Shown: piece by piece, positions 33,345 to 41,755 of the stretch
How positions within the stretch are numbered: position 1 is the stretch's first letter
How the letters are laid out: each line of letters starts with the position of its first letter
Source of the DNA: a virus
Taxonomy: Duplodnaviria; Caudoviricetes
Reading direction: 5' to 3' (one strand)
DNA: 52,661 bases
IMG/VR virus record: IMGVR_UViG_3300042541_000817
Span: 1-52,661 of that record
Translations under genes and position numbers: made by a program
Notes under the pieces: generated by a model
Database searches by the model: none
Seen by the model: only the letters and a program-made list of their open reading frames with translations
What the model was told of the DNA's origin: nothing

Positions 33345-34111
33345 TGTCTTTAGTTGCAAAGTTTACAGCATTCAGGCCTTGGATAAACAAAGAGGATATC
33401 TCTGTTCCTGTTCCTACACAAAAAGAAATACCAGACTGGTATAAGGATGCAGATAGATTTGCAAAAATGCCAAACGGAGAATACTATAAAGCAACAAAAG
33501 AGGTTTGTCCATTTCCCAAAGAAGGAACAACAGATGACTATGGAAAGATCCCAACATGGAAAGCGTGTCCTGCAATTATGGATGCGTTTGCGACAGGATA
33601 TGTATTTAAAACTCCTTGTGATCTAACATTTGCTAAAAATTCTCAGGGAATAATTAATGTAACAATTAATGACCCTAAGTATAAAGACTTTTGTACTCAA
33701 AGACCTCCAATGCCACAATTCGAACATCCAAAAGGATACTACCAACACCATTTTGCCTGGAGTTCTCCGTGGGGCCTAGAACTTCCAGAAGGATATAGTG
33801 CATTATTTATGACTCCAATGAACAGGTTTGATCTTCCATTTTTAAATACAACTGGAATTGTTGACTCTGACAAAGTTCATCTTCTTGGAAGTTTTCCATT
33901 TTTTATTGCAGATGGTTGGGAAGGCACTATTCCAGCAGGAACCCCATATTTGCAAGTCCTTCCATTTAAAAGAGAAAATTGGGATCATGATATAGAGATT
34001 TCAGATCAATCTTCTATATATGGTAAAATGGTAGATAACGCAAAGTTCTATCGTCAACCTGACGGGGGCGTATATATTAAAAAAGTTTGGTCACGCAGAG
34101 AGTATAAATAG
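33344..34111 (+). CDS. DUF6065-like beta-clip protein
   Basis: KACPAIMDA, PW..ELPEGYS, GIVDSD, IPAGTPYLQVLPFKRE; no HxD. Confidence 0.6.
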   Translation: MSLVAKFTAFRPWINKEDISVPVPTQKEIPDWYKDADRFAKMPNGEYYKATKEVCPFPKEGTTDDYGKIPTWKACPAIMDAFATGYVFKTPCDLTFAKNSQGIINVTINDPKYKDFCTQRPPMPQFEHPKGYYQHHFAWSSPWGLELPEGYSALFMTPMNRFDLPFLNTTGIVDSDKVHLLGSFPFFIADGWEGTIPAGTPYLQVLPFKRENWDHDIEISDQSSIYGKMVDNAKFYRQPDGGVYIKKVWSRREYK

Positions 34112-34120
34112 GAGATACAA

Positions 34121-34804
34121 ATGCAAACATGGACAGATAAAGAAAGTCTTGGAAATGGAATAACCTGTTATAGAGGGGTTATTAAAAAAGAGTTTGATGT
34201 AGTCAATAGGCTTGAAAATACTTTAGGTTCTGTTGCTGGGTACGGAGAGTTGTCTACAGAAGGTAAAAGATATCACTGGATGCCAGCATATGTTGGTTAT
34301 CAACAACTTATGCCAGACTACAGAGACTGTGTAGATTTTAAATTTAAAAAAACAGACATTGAACAAGATAAAAGTGAAGAGTCTTTAAAGTTGCAGTCTC
34401 TTTGGCAGGACATCTATGATGCACAATCTGCAGCAGTAGAGGACTACAGACGAGACTACAACATTATGCCACTTAAATATTGGGAAGCCTTTAATTTTAT
34501 TAAATATGGTCCAGGCCAACACTTTAAAGAGCATCATGATCATGGATACTCCTACAACTGTACTGTTTCGTTGGTCGCTTATGTAAATGATGACTATGAG
34601 GGTGGAGAGTTATTTTTTAGACTACAGGGTTTAAACATTAAGCCAAAGGCTGGAGATCTTTACATCTTCCCATCTAACTTTATGTATCCTCATCAGGCTA
34701 TGCCAGTTCATTCTGGAACTAAATACTCTATTGTTACCATGCTTGACTATAGTAAAAAGTATCATACGCCAGACATGTATGATCCTAAATGGGATAATGA
34801 ATAG
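34121..34804 (+). CDS. prolyl 4-hydroxylase-like 2OG-Fe(II) oxygenase
   Basis: HHD, YVNDDYEGGE, HQA..GTKY; paralog of 32631. Confidence 0.88.
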   Translation: MQTWTDKESLGNGITCYRGVIKKEFDVVNRLENTLGSVAGYGELSTEGKRYHWMPAYVGYQQLMPDYRDCVDFKFKKTDIEQDKSEESLKLQSLWQDIYDAQSAAVEDYRRDYNIMPLKYWEAFNFIKYGPGQHFKEHHDHGYSYNCTVSLVAYVNDDYEGGELFFRLQGLNIKPKAGDLYIFPSNFMYPHQAMPVHSGTKYSIVTMLDYSKKYHTPDMYDPKWDNE

Positions 34805-35514
34805 TGTATAACATAATAGTTGAAAAAATGCCAGGGTGTATTTTTGAAATAAATCCAATGTCAATAAAAAGAGATTGGATGGATGCTACATCAGAAAACC
34901 ATGCTTATAGATGTTTCCCAGTAACGCAAGCAAATGTCGTTGGCTACAGTCTTTCTTGTAAAGAGGATATTGAGTTTATTTGGGACGGGATAAACGATCA
35001 AACTCAAGATCATGTAACAATATTTAATCCAGAAAGATCATATTCTGGAAGAGGTCAGTCATCAGTAAGCCTAGACACAGGGTTAATATTTAGAACTATA
35101 GAAGAACTCAGCATCCTCACTATAAATCCAGTAAATTATTTTAATGATGAGTTTGAAACGATGTCATCCTTAATAAGTACTTCTTTTTATGACAACCCCT
35201 TGCCGTTAGCAATTAAAGCAAGGTTTGCAAATAAAAGGGTAACAATTAAGGCTGGAACTCCAGTAGCAACAATAATACCAATATCCTTAACAGGCTTAAA
35301 CAATACTGAAATTAATATTATAAAGTATCAAGATAATGACAAAAAAAGAGAGCAAGCAAACAGGTCTTATGGAGAGGCTGCACAAGTTCTTAATTCTTCG
35401 GGAGAATGGACAGACTGGTATAGAAACGCTGTAAATGAAAAACAAGAATCTCTGGGCTCTCATGAAACAAAAACTTTAAAACTCATTGTAAAAGATAGTT
35501 CTGGTGAGTTATGA
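34804..35514 (+). CDS. DUF6065 family protein
   Basis: RDWMD..HAYRCFPVTQANVVG; KAGTPVATIIP. Confidence 0.72.
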   Translation: MYNIIVEKMPGCIFEINPMSIKRDWMDATSENHAYRCFPVTQANVVGYSLSCKEDIEFIWDGINDQTQDHVTIFNPERSYSGRGQSSVSLDTGLIFRTIEELSILTINPVNYFNDEFETMSSLISTSFYDNPLPLAIKARFANKRVTIKAGTPVATIIPISLTGLNNTEINIIKYQDNDKKREQANRSYGEAAQVLNSSGEWTDWYRNAVNEKQESLGSHETKTLKLIVKDSSGEL

Positions 35515-35966
35515 GTGAACTAAATCCAACACATGAAGATATAGTAAGCGAATATATAAAAAATGCCAAAGAAGGAAAGGTTGGCCATTACATGATAACA
35601 GTTGCTAGAGATGGGGAGTCTCCAGTACGGTCTATAATATCATTTGACAACATAGACGAGGCATTTAAAGGTTACTCAATGTATGAAGATGCTGGGTTTG
35701 CAAAAGATTATCTTACAGTTTCCCTATATCAGCCATCAGGAATAGTCACTACAAAAGTTTTAAAAAGAAATCATGCTGGAGATCCTTCGTTTGTTAGGCA
35801 AAATTATATTGATACGGTTGAAGCCTTGCACTCTGTTAAACATAAGTTAAGCAAAGAAGACTACGAAGAGATGTGTATTAAAATTGTTACCTCATTTGCA
35901 AAAGACAACTGGAGATTTAATGCAGACAGGTTTTTAAAACAACTAGAAATAGAAAGGACATTGTAG
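35511..35966 (+). CDS. two-domain protein fusing homologs of early genes 7795-8010 and 9367-9567
   Basis: DAGFAKDY..PSG..TK and RQNY..DNWRFNADRF. Confidence 0.7.
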   Translation: MSELNPTHEDIVSEYIKNAKEGKVGHYMITVARDGESPVRSIISFDNIDEAFKGYSMYEDAGFAKDYLTVSLYQPSGIVTTKVLKRNHAGDPSFVRQNYIDTVEALHSVKHKLSKEDYEEMCIKIVTSFAKDNWRFNADRFLKQLEIERTL

Positions 35967-35992
35967 GATAAACCCTATGATATAATCTTATT

Positions 35993-36667
35993 ATGGACAA
36001 AGAAAAAGCCACTGTTGTAGTTAGAAAGCCATCGATAACCCCGTCTGGCTGGTTTGGCGATAGTAAAGATATGATCGTAGAGTTAGAAAACTTTATGACA
36101 CAAGAAGAGATTGAGTTTTTAGAAAAGGCTGCAAAGTCTTTAACTATTTGGGATGTAACAGAAAGCCATGTAAACGAAAATGGAACTGTTGTTTATGATT
36201 CAGAATACTGGAAAGACAGAGTTGCAACCAGTCCAACACTTAACAAAAATGATCCATCAATTGCTCCAGTAATCGCAGGACTTTTTGAAAGGTTAAAGCC
36301 TATAGTAGAAGATTTTTATAAAGTAAAGGTTATCCCTACTGGAACAACAATTGTAAAATGGCTTCCAGGACAATTTCAAAAACCGCATGCAGACAAAGAG
36401 TTGCACGAAGGCCCAGATGCTGGCCTACCAAATGATTTTCCAAACTATGATCTTTCAAGTTTGTTTTATTTAAACGATGACTACGAAGGTGGAGAACTAT
36501 ACTTTCCACTGCAAGAAGTGCAGTTTAAACCTAAAAAAGGCGCTGCATACTTTTTCCCAGGTGACAAGAACTATATCCACGGGGTAACAGAAATTAAAAG
36601 TGGTTTAAGATTTACCTGTCCTTTCTTTTGGGAAATTACAGAGCATACAGGAGATCGAAAGCCATGA
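35993..36667 (+). CDS. 2OG-Fe(II) oxygenase
   Basis: HAD, YLNDDYEGGE, HGV..GLRF. Confidence 0.88.
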   Translation: MDKEKATVVVRKPSITPSGWFGDSKDMIVELENFMTQEEIEFLEKAAKSLTIWDVTESHVNENGTVVYDSEYWKDRVATSPTLNKNDPSIAPVIAGLFERLKPIVEDFYKVKVIPTGTTIVKWLPGQFQKPHADKELHEGPDAGLPNDFPNYDLSSLFYLNDDYEGGELYFPLQEVQFKPKKGAAYFFPGDKNYIHGVTEIKSGLRFTCPFFWEITEHTGDRKP

Positions 36668-37533
36668 TAGCAATGTCTTCAAAAAGTTTGGATTCTGTTG
36701 AGTTGTATCCTAAAATAATTGTGTATAAGAATTTATTTAAAGATATTGCAAAAACTACAAAATTACTTGAAGAAGAAAGCGAAGACGGTTTGTTTTCGCC
36801 ATGGACAAAATGGTCTAATTTTGGAGAATATCTCAATCCGTTGTTTAAAAATGACCCTTTCCAACTATTAATAGGCATGATAAGAGTAATAAAAACAACA
36901 AATTTAAAACAAGAAGAACATAAAAATGCAATATTGGAACTTTATGAAAATTTCTATATAGCAACAAAAGACTACGCAAATAGGTTTGATATTGAGATAG
37001 ATGATCAAAAAATTGTAAAAACACACGAGGGCCAAGACATAAAAGAATGGGTGATTAATGGTCCATCAATAGCAAGATACAGAACAGACATCACAGATCC
37101 AGTTGCAATGACGTATCATTCTGACTATATCCGTGAGCCAATCACTAGTCCAGGGCATAAATATGTCATAACGGCCCTGACATACTTTAATGATAATTAT
37201 TCTGGCGGTGAAATTGATTTTATTGTTGATGGAGAAGCCTACATGTATAAACCACAGGCTGGAGATGTTTTGGTATTTCCTTCAGGGCATCCACAAATTT
37301 TAACTAAAGAGGGAAAGATATACCTACACGGAGTTATGCCAGCGCAAGGTTTTAAGAAGTATATCTCCAGAATGTATTGGATGAAATACGAACCAGGAGA
37401 ATCCGCATGGTTTGAACAAGAAGAAAAGTTTGGAAAAGAAGTCTGGAACAAAATGCAAGAAAAGATTATGGAAGAGTTTAGAAATGCTCATCCAAATAAA
37501 CATAGTGCTGAAAGGGAGAAAAGAATATCATGA
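36664..37533 (+). CDS. 2OG-Fe(II) oxygenase
   Basis: YHSD, YFNDNYSGGE, HGV..KY; start moved to the ATGA overlap. Confidence 0.85.
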   Translation: MIAMSSKSLDSVELYPKIIVYKNLFKDIAKTTKLLEEESEDGLFSPWTKWSNFGEYLNPLFKNDPFQLLIGMIRVIKTTNLKQEEHKNAILELYENFYIATKDYANRFDIEIDDQKIVKTHEGQDIKEWVINGPSIARYRTDITDPVAMTYHSDYIREPITSPGHKYVITALTYFNDNYSGGEIDFIVDGEAYMYKPQAGDVLVFPSGHPQILTKEGKIYLHGVMPAQGFKKYISRMYWMKYEPGESAWFEQEEKFGKEVWNKMQEKIMEEFRNAHPNKHSAEREKRIS

Positions 37534-38279
37534 ATCTAGAAAACAAAAACAGAATAACTAAAGATATAGTTGTTTATGAAAACTTCATTGATGCAGATAC
37601 TGCTGAAAAACTTGTAAAAGTTTTAGATAAACATGTCGAGGTTGGAACAATCACATGGATGCCAATATCATTCTACGAATCCTATTCTTCTGTATTACCA
37701 CAAGATGATGATGAGCATGTTATTGCAGAAGGTCTTCCTACTACTATTTTTTCAGACATGAAGCAGGGGATAATTGAAGCAGTAGCAAGTGTTCATGACC
37801 TTGATCCAAAGATAATTTCTCAAATTGGATATCATACTCAAAAGTGGGAGCCAGGAGCATACGCAAGAAAACATTCCGACAATACCGATGAGCACGGACA
37901 CTCTGGTGCCTTTACAAGGAGTAGATATGCTGCATTCTTATATCTAAATGATAATTTTGAAGGAGGAATGTTGCAGTTCCCAGATCAAGACATAAGCATA
38001 CAGCCCAAAGTTGGAATGCTTGCTGCATTTGACGGGGGATTTAACAACATGCACGAAGTAACCCTTATCACTAGTGGAGTTAGATACACCATAGGTTCTT
38101 TTTGGGATGATCGAGAAGAAGATGCATACCCACAAGAAGTAAGAGATGCATGGGCAGCAGAAATGAAAGAAACTAGAGCGCATCAAGAAATTGAAAGAGC
38201 CGAGTGGCAAGAACTCTTAAAACAGGGTTGGAAACTTGATGCTAATGGAAATAAATATAAAGCAGATGATTTAAAATGA
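37530..38279 (+). CDS. 2OG-Fe(II) oxygenase
   Basis: HSD, YLNDNFEGG, HEV..GVRY. Confidence 0.88.
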   Translation: MNLENKNRITKDIVVYENFIDADTAEKLVKVLDKHVEVGTITWMPISFYESYSSVLPQDDDEHVIAEGLPTTIFSDMKQGIIEAVASVHDLDPKIISQIGYHTQKWEPGAYARKHSDNTDEHGHSGAFTRSRYAAFLYLNDNFEGGMLQFPDQDISIQPKVGMLAAFDGGFNNMHEVTLITSGVRYTIGSFWDDREEDAYPQEVRDAWAAEMKETRAHQEIERAEWQELLKQGWKLDANGNKYKADDLK

Positions 38280-38938
38280 ATGTTTTTTTAAAAAAAGAGT
38301 TCGATGATGCTGGATATAACACTGAGGTTTTCCATGACCAGGTTTTGTTTATTTATGATTTTTTAAAAGACGGAGAGTTAGAAATTTTATGGAACATAAT
38401 TAATACCACTGACAACGCAGACTGGTCAATAGAGTATACTAAAAATCTTGCCAGGTTTTGCATGGAAAAATTTGGAAGGGACGATGTTGAAAATTTAATT
38501 TCAGAAGGTAAATTTGAAAAAACTCTTGGATGGGAAGATAAAAATCTAGATATTACCAAGAGACCTATAAGCACAGTTCTTCAAAGAAGGCTTGGAGAGT
38601 TACTTGAAAAAGCAGACCCATCCCTAGAACTCGCTGGGTTTGGAACTCTTCAAAGAATGCAAGAGGGCGTTGAACTAAAAGCACATACGGACCAGAATAC
38701 CGATCCATCAATTAAATATGCTGCTATACTATATATTAATGATGACTACAAAGATGGAACTTTGTTTTTTTATAACAAAGAGAATTCAGATTTGAGGCCA
38801 AAGCCAGGAACCTTGCTTATTTTTCCAGGTAACGAAGAATATGAGCATGGAGTAAGACATGTTGGAGAAGGTCCTATTCGTTATGTGACTGTAGGATTTA
38901 TGAAGACAATTGGTTTTTATGAAAATAATAAGTACTAA
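38276..38938 (+). CDS. 2OG-Fe(II) oxygenase
   Basis: HTD, YINDDYKDG, HGV..IRY. Confidence 0.88.
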   Translation: MNVFLKKEFDDAGYNTEVFHDQVLFIYDFLKDGELEILWNIINTTDNADWSIEYTKNLARFCMEKFGRDDVENLISEGKFEKTLGWEDKNLDITKRPISTVLQRRLGELLEKADPSLELAGFGTLQRMQEGVELKAHTDQNTDPSIKYAAILYINDDYKDGTLFFYNKENSDLRPKPGTLLIFPGNEEYEHGVRHVGEGPIRYVTVGFMKTIGFYENNKY

Positions 38939-38949
38939 GGAGAAATACT

Positions 38950-39579
38950 ATGGAAAGAGAAATACTTGAAGAAAAGGTCTACTATTACACAAACGTAATT
39001 GAAGACCCAAAGAAACTTGTTGATGCAATTGAAAATGACAACAAAGATCCTTGGGGTGAATGGATGGCGTGTAGTGGAGAAGCGTATGTTTATGGAACAG
39101 ATAAAACCATTGCTCTAACTTCAGATGCTGATGAAAAAAATAAGTATATCTATAATACCTTACAAAAAGCATTTGACGATGTAGCAAGAGACTATGCAAA
39201 AGCCCAAGGAATTACAGATGAACCAAAACTATTTCCACAGTATCCAATTAAAAAGTATCAGCCAGGAACATTTATGGGTGCACACTTTGATCAACAAGAA
39301 GGAGACCAAAGACTTAAAGTTTCTTTTGTTATGTATTTAAATGACGATTATGAAGGCGGAGAAATTTCTTTTACAATTGCTTCTCCAGAAGGAGTACTAA
39401 CTCAGCCTAGCCCAGAACCAGATTTTGATGATGCTAAAACTAGAGGAAACTATAACTTTTATGTAAAGCCCAAGGCTGGAAGTATAATTGTTTTCCCTCC
39501 ATCACCACCATATCATCACACCGCACACCTAGTAAAAAGTGGCGAAAAGATTATGGTTCCACAGCACTGGATTCATTAA
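38950..39579 (+). CDS. 2OG-Fe(II) oxygenase
   Basis: HFD, YLNDDYEGGE, HTA..GEK. Confidence 0.88.
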   Translation: MEREILEEKVYYYTNVIEDPKKLVDAIENDNKDPWGEWMACSGEAYVYGTDKTIALTSDADEKNKYIYNTLQKAFDDVARDYAKAQGITDEPKLFPQYPIKKYQPGTFMGAHFDQQEGDQRLKVSFVMYLNDDYEGGEISFTIASPEGVLTQPSPEPDFDDAKTRGNYNFYVKPKAGSIIVFPPSPPYHHTAHLVKSGEKIMVPQHWIH

Positions 39580-39696
39580 TCTTTTATAAAATAGTTTTTA
39601 TTAACTCTTAACTACAACTTTAGGGGAGAGTTTTGCTTTTTGCAAAACACTGCTATACTTAACACTTATTCCGTTTTTGAAAGGACGATACACATT

Positions 39697-41730
39697 ATGT
39701 CAGATTTTTTTAGTTTTAGGCTTCCAGAAGACTTTGTAGAAAAGTATATAAAAGTTGAAAGCCCATTTGGATTTAAAGATGCAGCAGAAAATTCACTTGG
39801 AGAAATTACTTTTATTCGTACTTATTCTAGGATGAAGGAAGATGGAACTAAAGAAAGATGGCACGAAGTTTGTCGTCGTGTAATCGAGGGGATGTATTCA
39901 GTTCAAAAGAACCATGCCAAAGAAAACCGTTTGCCATGGAATGACTATAAGGCTCAGAAGTCAGCACAAGAAGCATACGACAGAATGTTTAATTTAAAGT
40001 GGACACCACCAGGTCGTGGCATGTGGGCATTTGGAACCCCTATGACCATGGAAAAGAAAAACTCAGCAGCATTACAAAACTGTGCAATGGTATCAACGAA
40101 AGACCTTGACAAAAATGATCCAGGAGCATTGTTTGCTTGGGTTATGGATGCCCTTATGCTTGGCATTGGCGTAGGGTTTGATACAGTGGGACAGGATAAA
40201 AATTTCTCTATTTATGCCCCCACAGAGCCAGAGCAAATCTTTGAGATTCCAGACACTCGTGAAGGGTGGGTAGAGTCAGTCAGAGTTTTAATTAATTCAT
40301 ATCTCAGGCCAAATCAGAACATCCAGAAGTTTAACTATGACTTAATTAGGCCCCTAGGAGCCCCTATAAAGGGTTTTGGCGGGGTTGCATCAGGTCCTGC
40401 ACCCCTTATCAGGTTGCACAATCAAATAGACCGTGTGATAGGCTCTAGGGCTGGAGAAACCCTAGATTCTCGTGCTATTGTGGACTTGGTTAATTTAATT
40501 GGAACCTGTGTGGTTTCAGGAAATGTTAGAAGATCAGCAACCCTTGCTTTGGGTAGTGCTGGAGACGATGTGTTTATGAATTTAAAGAACTCTGAGTCAT
40601 TTCCAGAACGAAACTCTTTTGATCCAGAAAATCCAGGGTGGGCATGGATGTCTAATAATTCTATCTCAGCAGAAGTAGGAACAAAGTATGAAGACTATGT
40701 AGATTTAATTACTGAAAACGGAGAACCAGGTTTTATCTGGCTTGATGTTGCTCGTAATTATGGACGACTAAAGGATGCGCCAGACGGTAAGGATTATCGT
40801 GTGATGGGATTTAACCCATGTGCGGAGCAGCCATTGGAATCATACGAACTATGTACACTTGTAGAAGTGCACTTAAATCGTCATGAATCTAAGGAGGACT
40901 TCCTGCGTACCCTGAAGTTTGCATACCTTTATGGAAAGACTGTAACACTTGTTCCAACACACTGGCCACAAACAAACGGTATCATGCAACGTAATCGTCG
41001 TATTGGTACATCTCTAACAGGTATTGCATCATTTGCAGATCAAAAGGGTTTACCAACCGTTCGTGAATGGATGGACGAAGGATATAATAAAATCCGTCAC
41101 TATGACCACCAGTATTCAGAATGGCTATGTGTTCGTGAATCAATTCGTGTAACAACTGTTAAGCCATCAGGATCAGTTTCAATTCTTTCTGGTGCAACCC
41201 CTGGAGTTCACTGGGGACCTGGAGGAGAGTTCTTCCTTCGTGCAGTTCGTTTTGGGAATACAGATCCGATGATGCATTTGTTTAAAGCAGCGGGGTATAC
41301 AATTGAAGATGACGTAGTATCAGCAAACACGTCAGTAGTTTACTTCCCAATCAAGTCAGGCCATCCAAGATCTGAAAAGGATGTAACCCTGTTTGAGAAG
41401 ATTGCACTTGCTGCAACTGCTCAAAAGTATTGGTCTGACAATGGTGTTTCTGTAACACTTTCATTTGATAAGGAGACAGAGTCAAAGCATGTAGTGCCAG
41501 CACTGCATATGTACGAGGGACAATTAAAGGCAGTCTCATTCCTGCCAATGGGAAATCATACATATCCACAACAGCCATATACTCAGATTACTGAAGAGCA
41601 ATACGAGTCATATATTGGCAAGTTAAAGCACATTGATTTTTCTGCTATTTATGATGGAGCAGAAAATCTTGAGGCTCAAGGAGAGTCTTATTGCACAACT
41701 GACTATTGTGAAATAAAGATAAACAAATAG
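39697..41730 (+). CDS. nrdJ: class II adenosylcobalamin-dependent ribonucleoside-triphosphate reductase (monomeric type)
   Basis: RTYSR, PPGRG, NC, GNVRRSA, GFNPCAEQ, TVKPSGSVS, C-terminal CTTDYC; start moved to MSDFF (RBS GAAAGGA). Confidence 0.93.
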   Translation: MSDFFSFRLPEDFVEKYIKVESPFGFKDAAENSLGEITFIRTYSRMKEDGTKERWHEVCRRVIEGMYSVQKNHAKENRLPWNDYKAQKSAQEAYDRMFNLKWTPPGRGMWAFGTPMTMEKKNSAALQNCAMVSTKDLDKNDPGALFAWVMDALMLGIGVGFDTVGQDKNFSIYAPTEPEQIFEIPDTREGWVESVRVLINSYLRPNQNIQKFNYDLIRPLGAPIKGFGGVASGPAPLIRLHNQIDRVIGSRAGETLDSRAIVDLVNLIGTCVVSGNVRRSATLALGSAGDDVFMNLKNSESFPERNSFDPENPGWAWMSNNSISAEVGTKYEDYVDLITENGEPGFIWLDVARNYGRLKDAPDGKDYRVMGFNPCAEQPLESYELCTLVEVHLNRHESKEDFLRTLKFAYLYGKTVTLVPTHWPQTNGIMQRNRRIGTSLTGIASFADQKGLPTVREWMDEGYNKIRHYDHQYSEWLCVRESIRVTTVKPSGSVSILSGATPGVHWGPGGEFFLRAVRFGNTDPMMHLFKAAGYTIEDDVVSANTSVVYFPIKSGHPRSEKDVTLFEKIALAATAQKYWSDNGVSVTLSFDKETESKHVVPALHMYEGQLKAVSFLPMGNHTYPQQPYTQITEEQYESYIGKLKHIDFSAIYDGAENLEAQGESYCTTDYCEIKINK

Positions 41731-41755
41731 TCTTCTGTGGTAAAATAGACTCATA

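Noticed and set aside
39600-39660. NrdR box or cobalamin riboswitch upstream of nrdJ
   Set aside because: CTACAACTTTAG is one base short of NrdR-box spacing, and the leader is too short for a B12 riboswitch.
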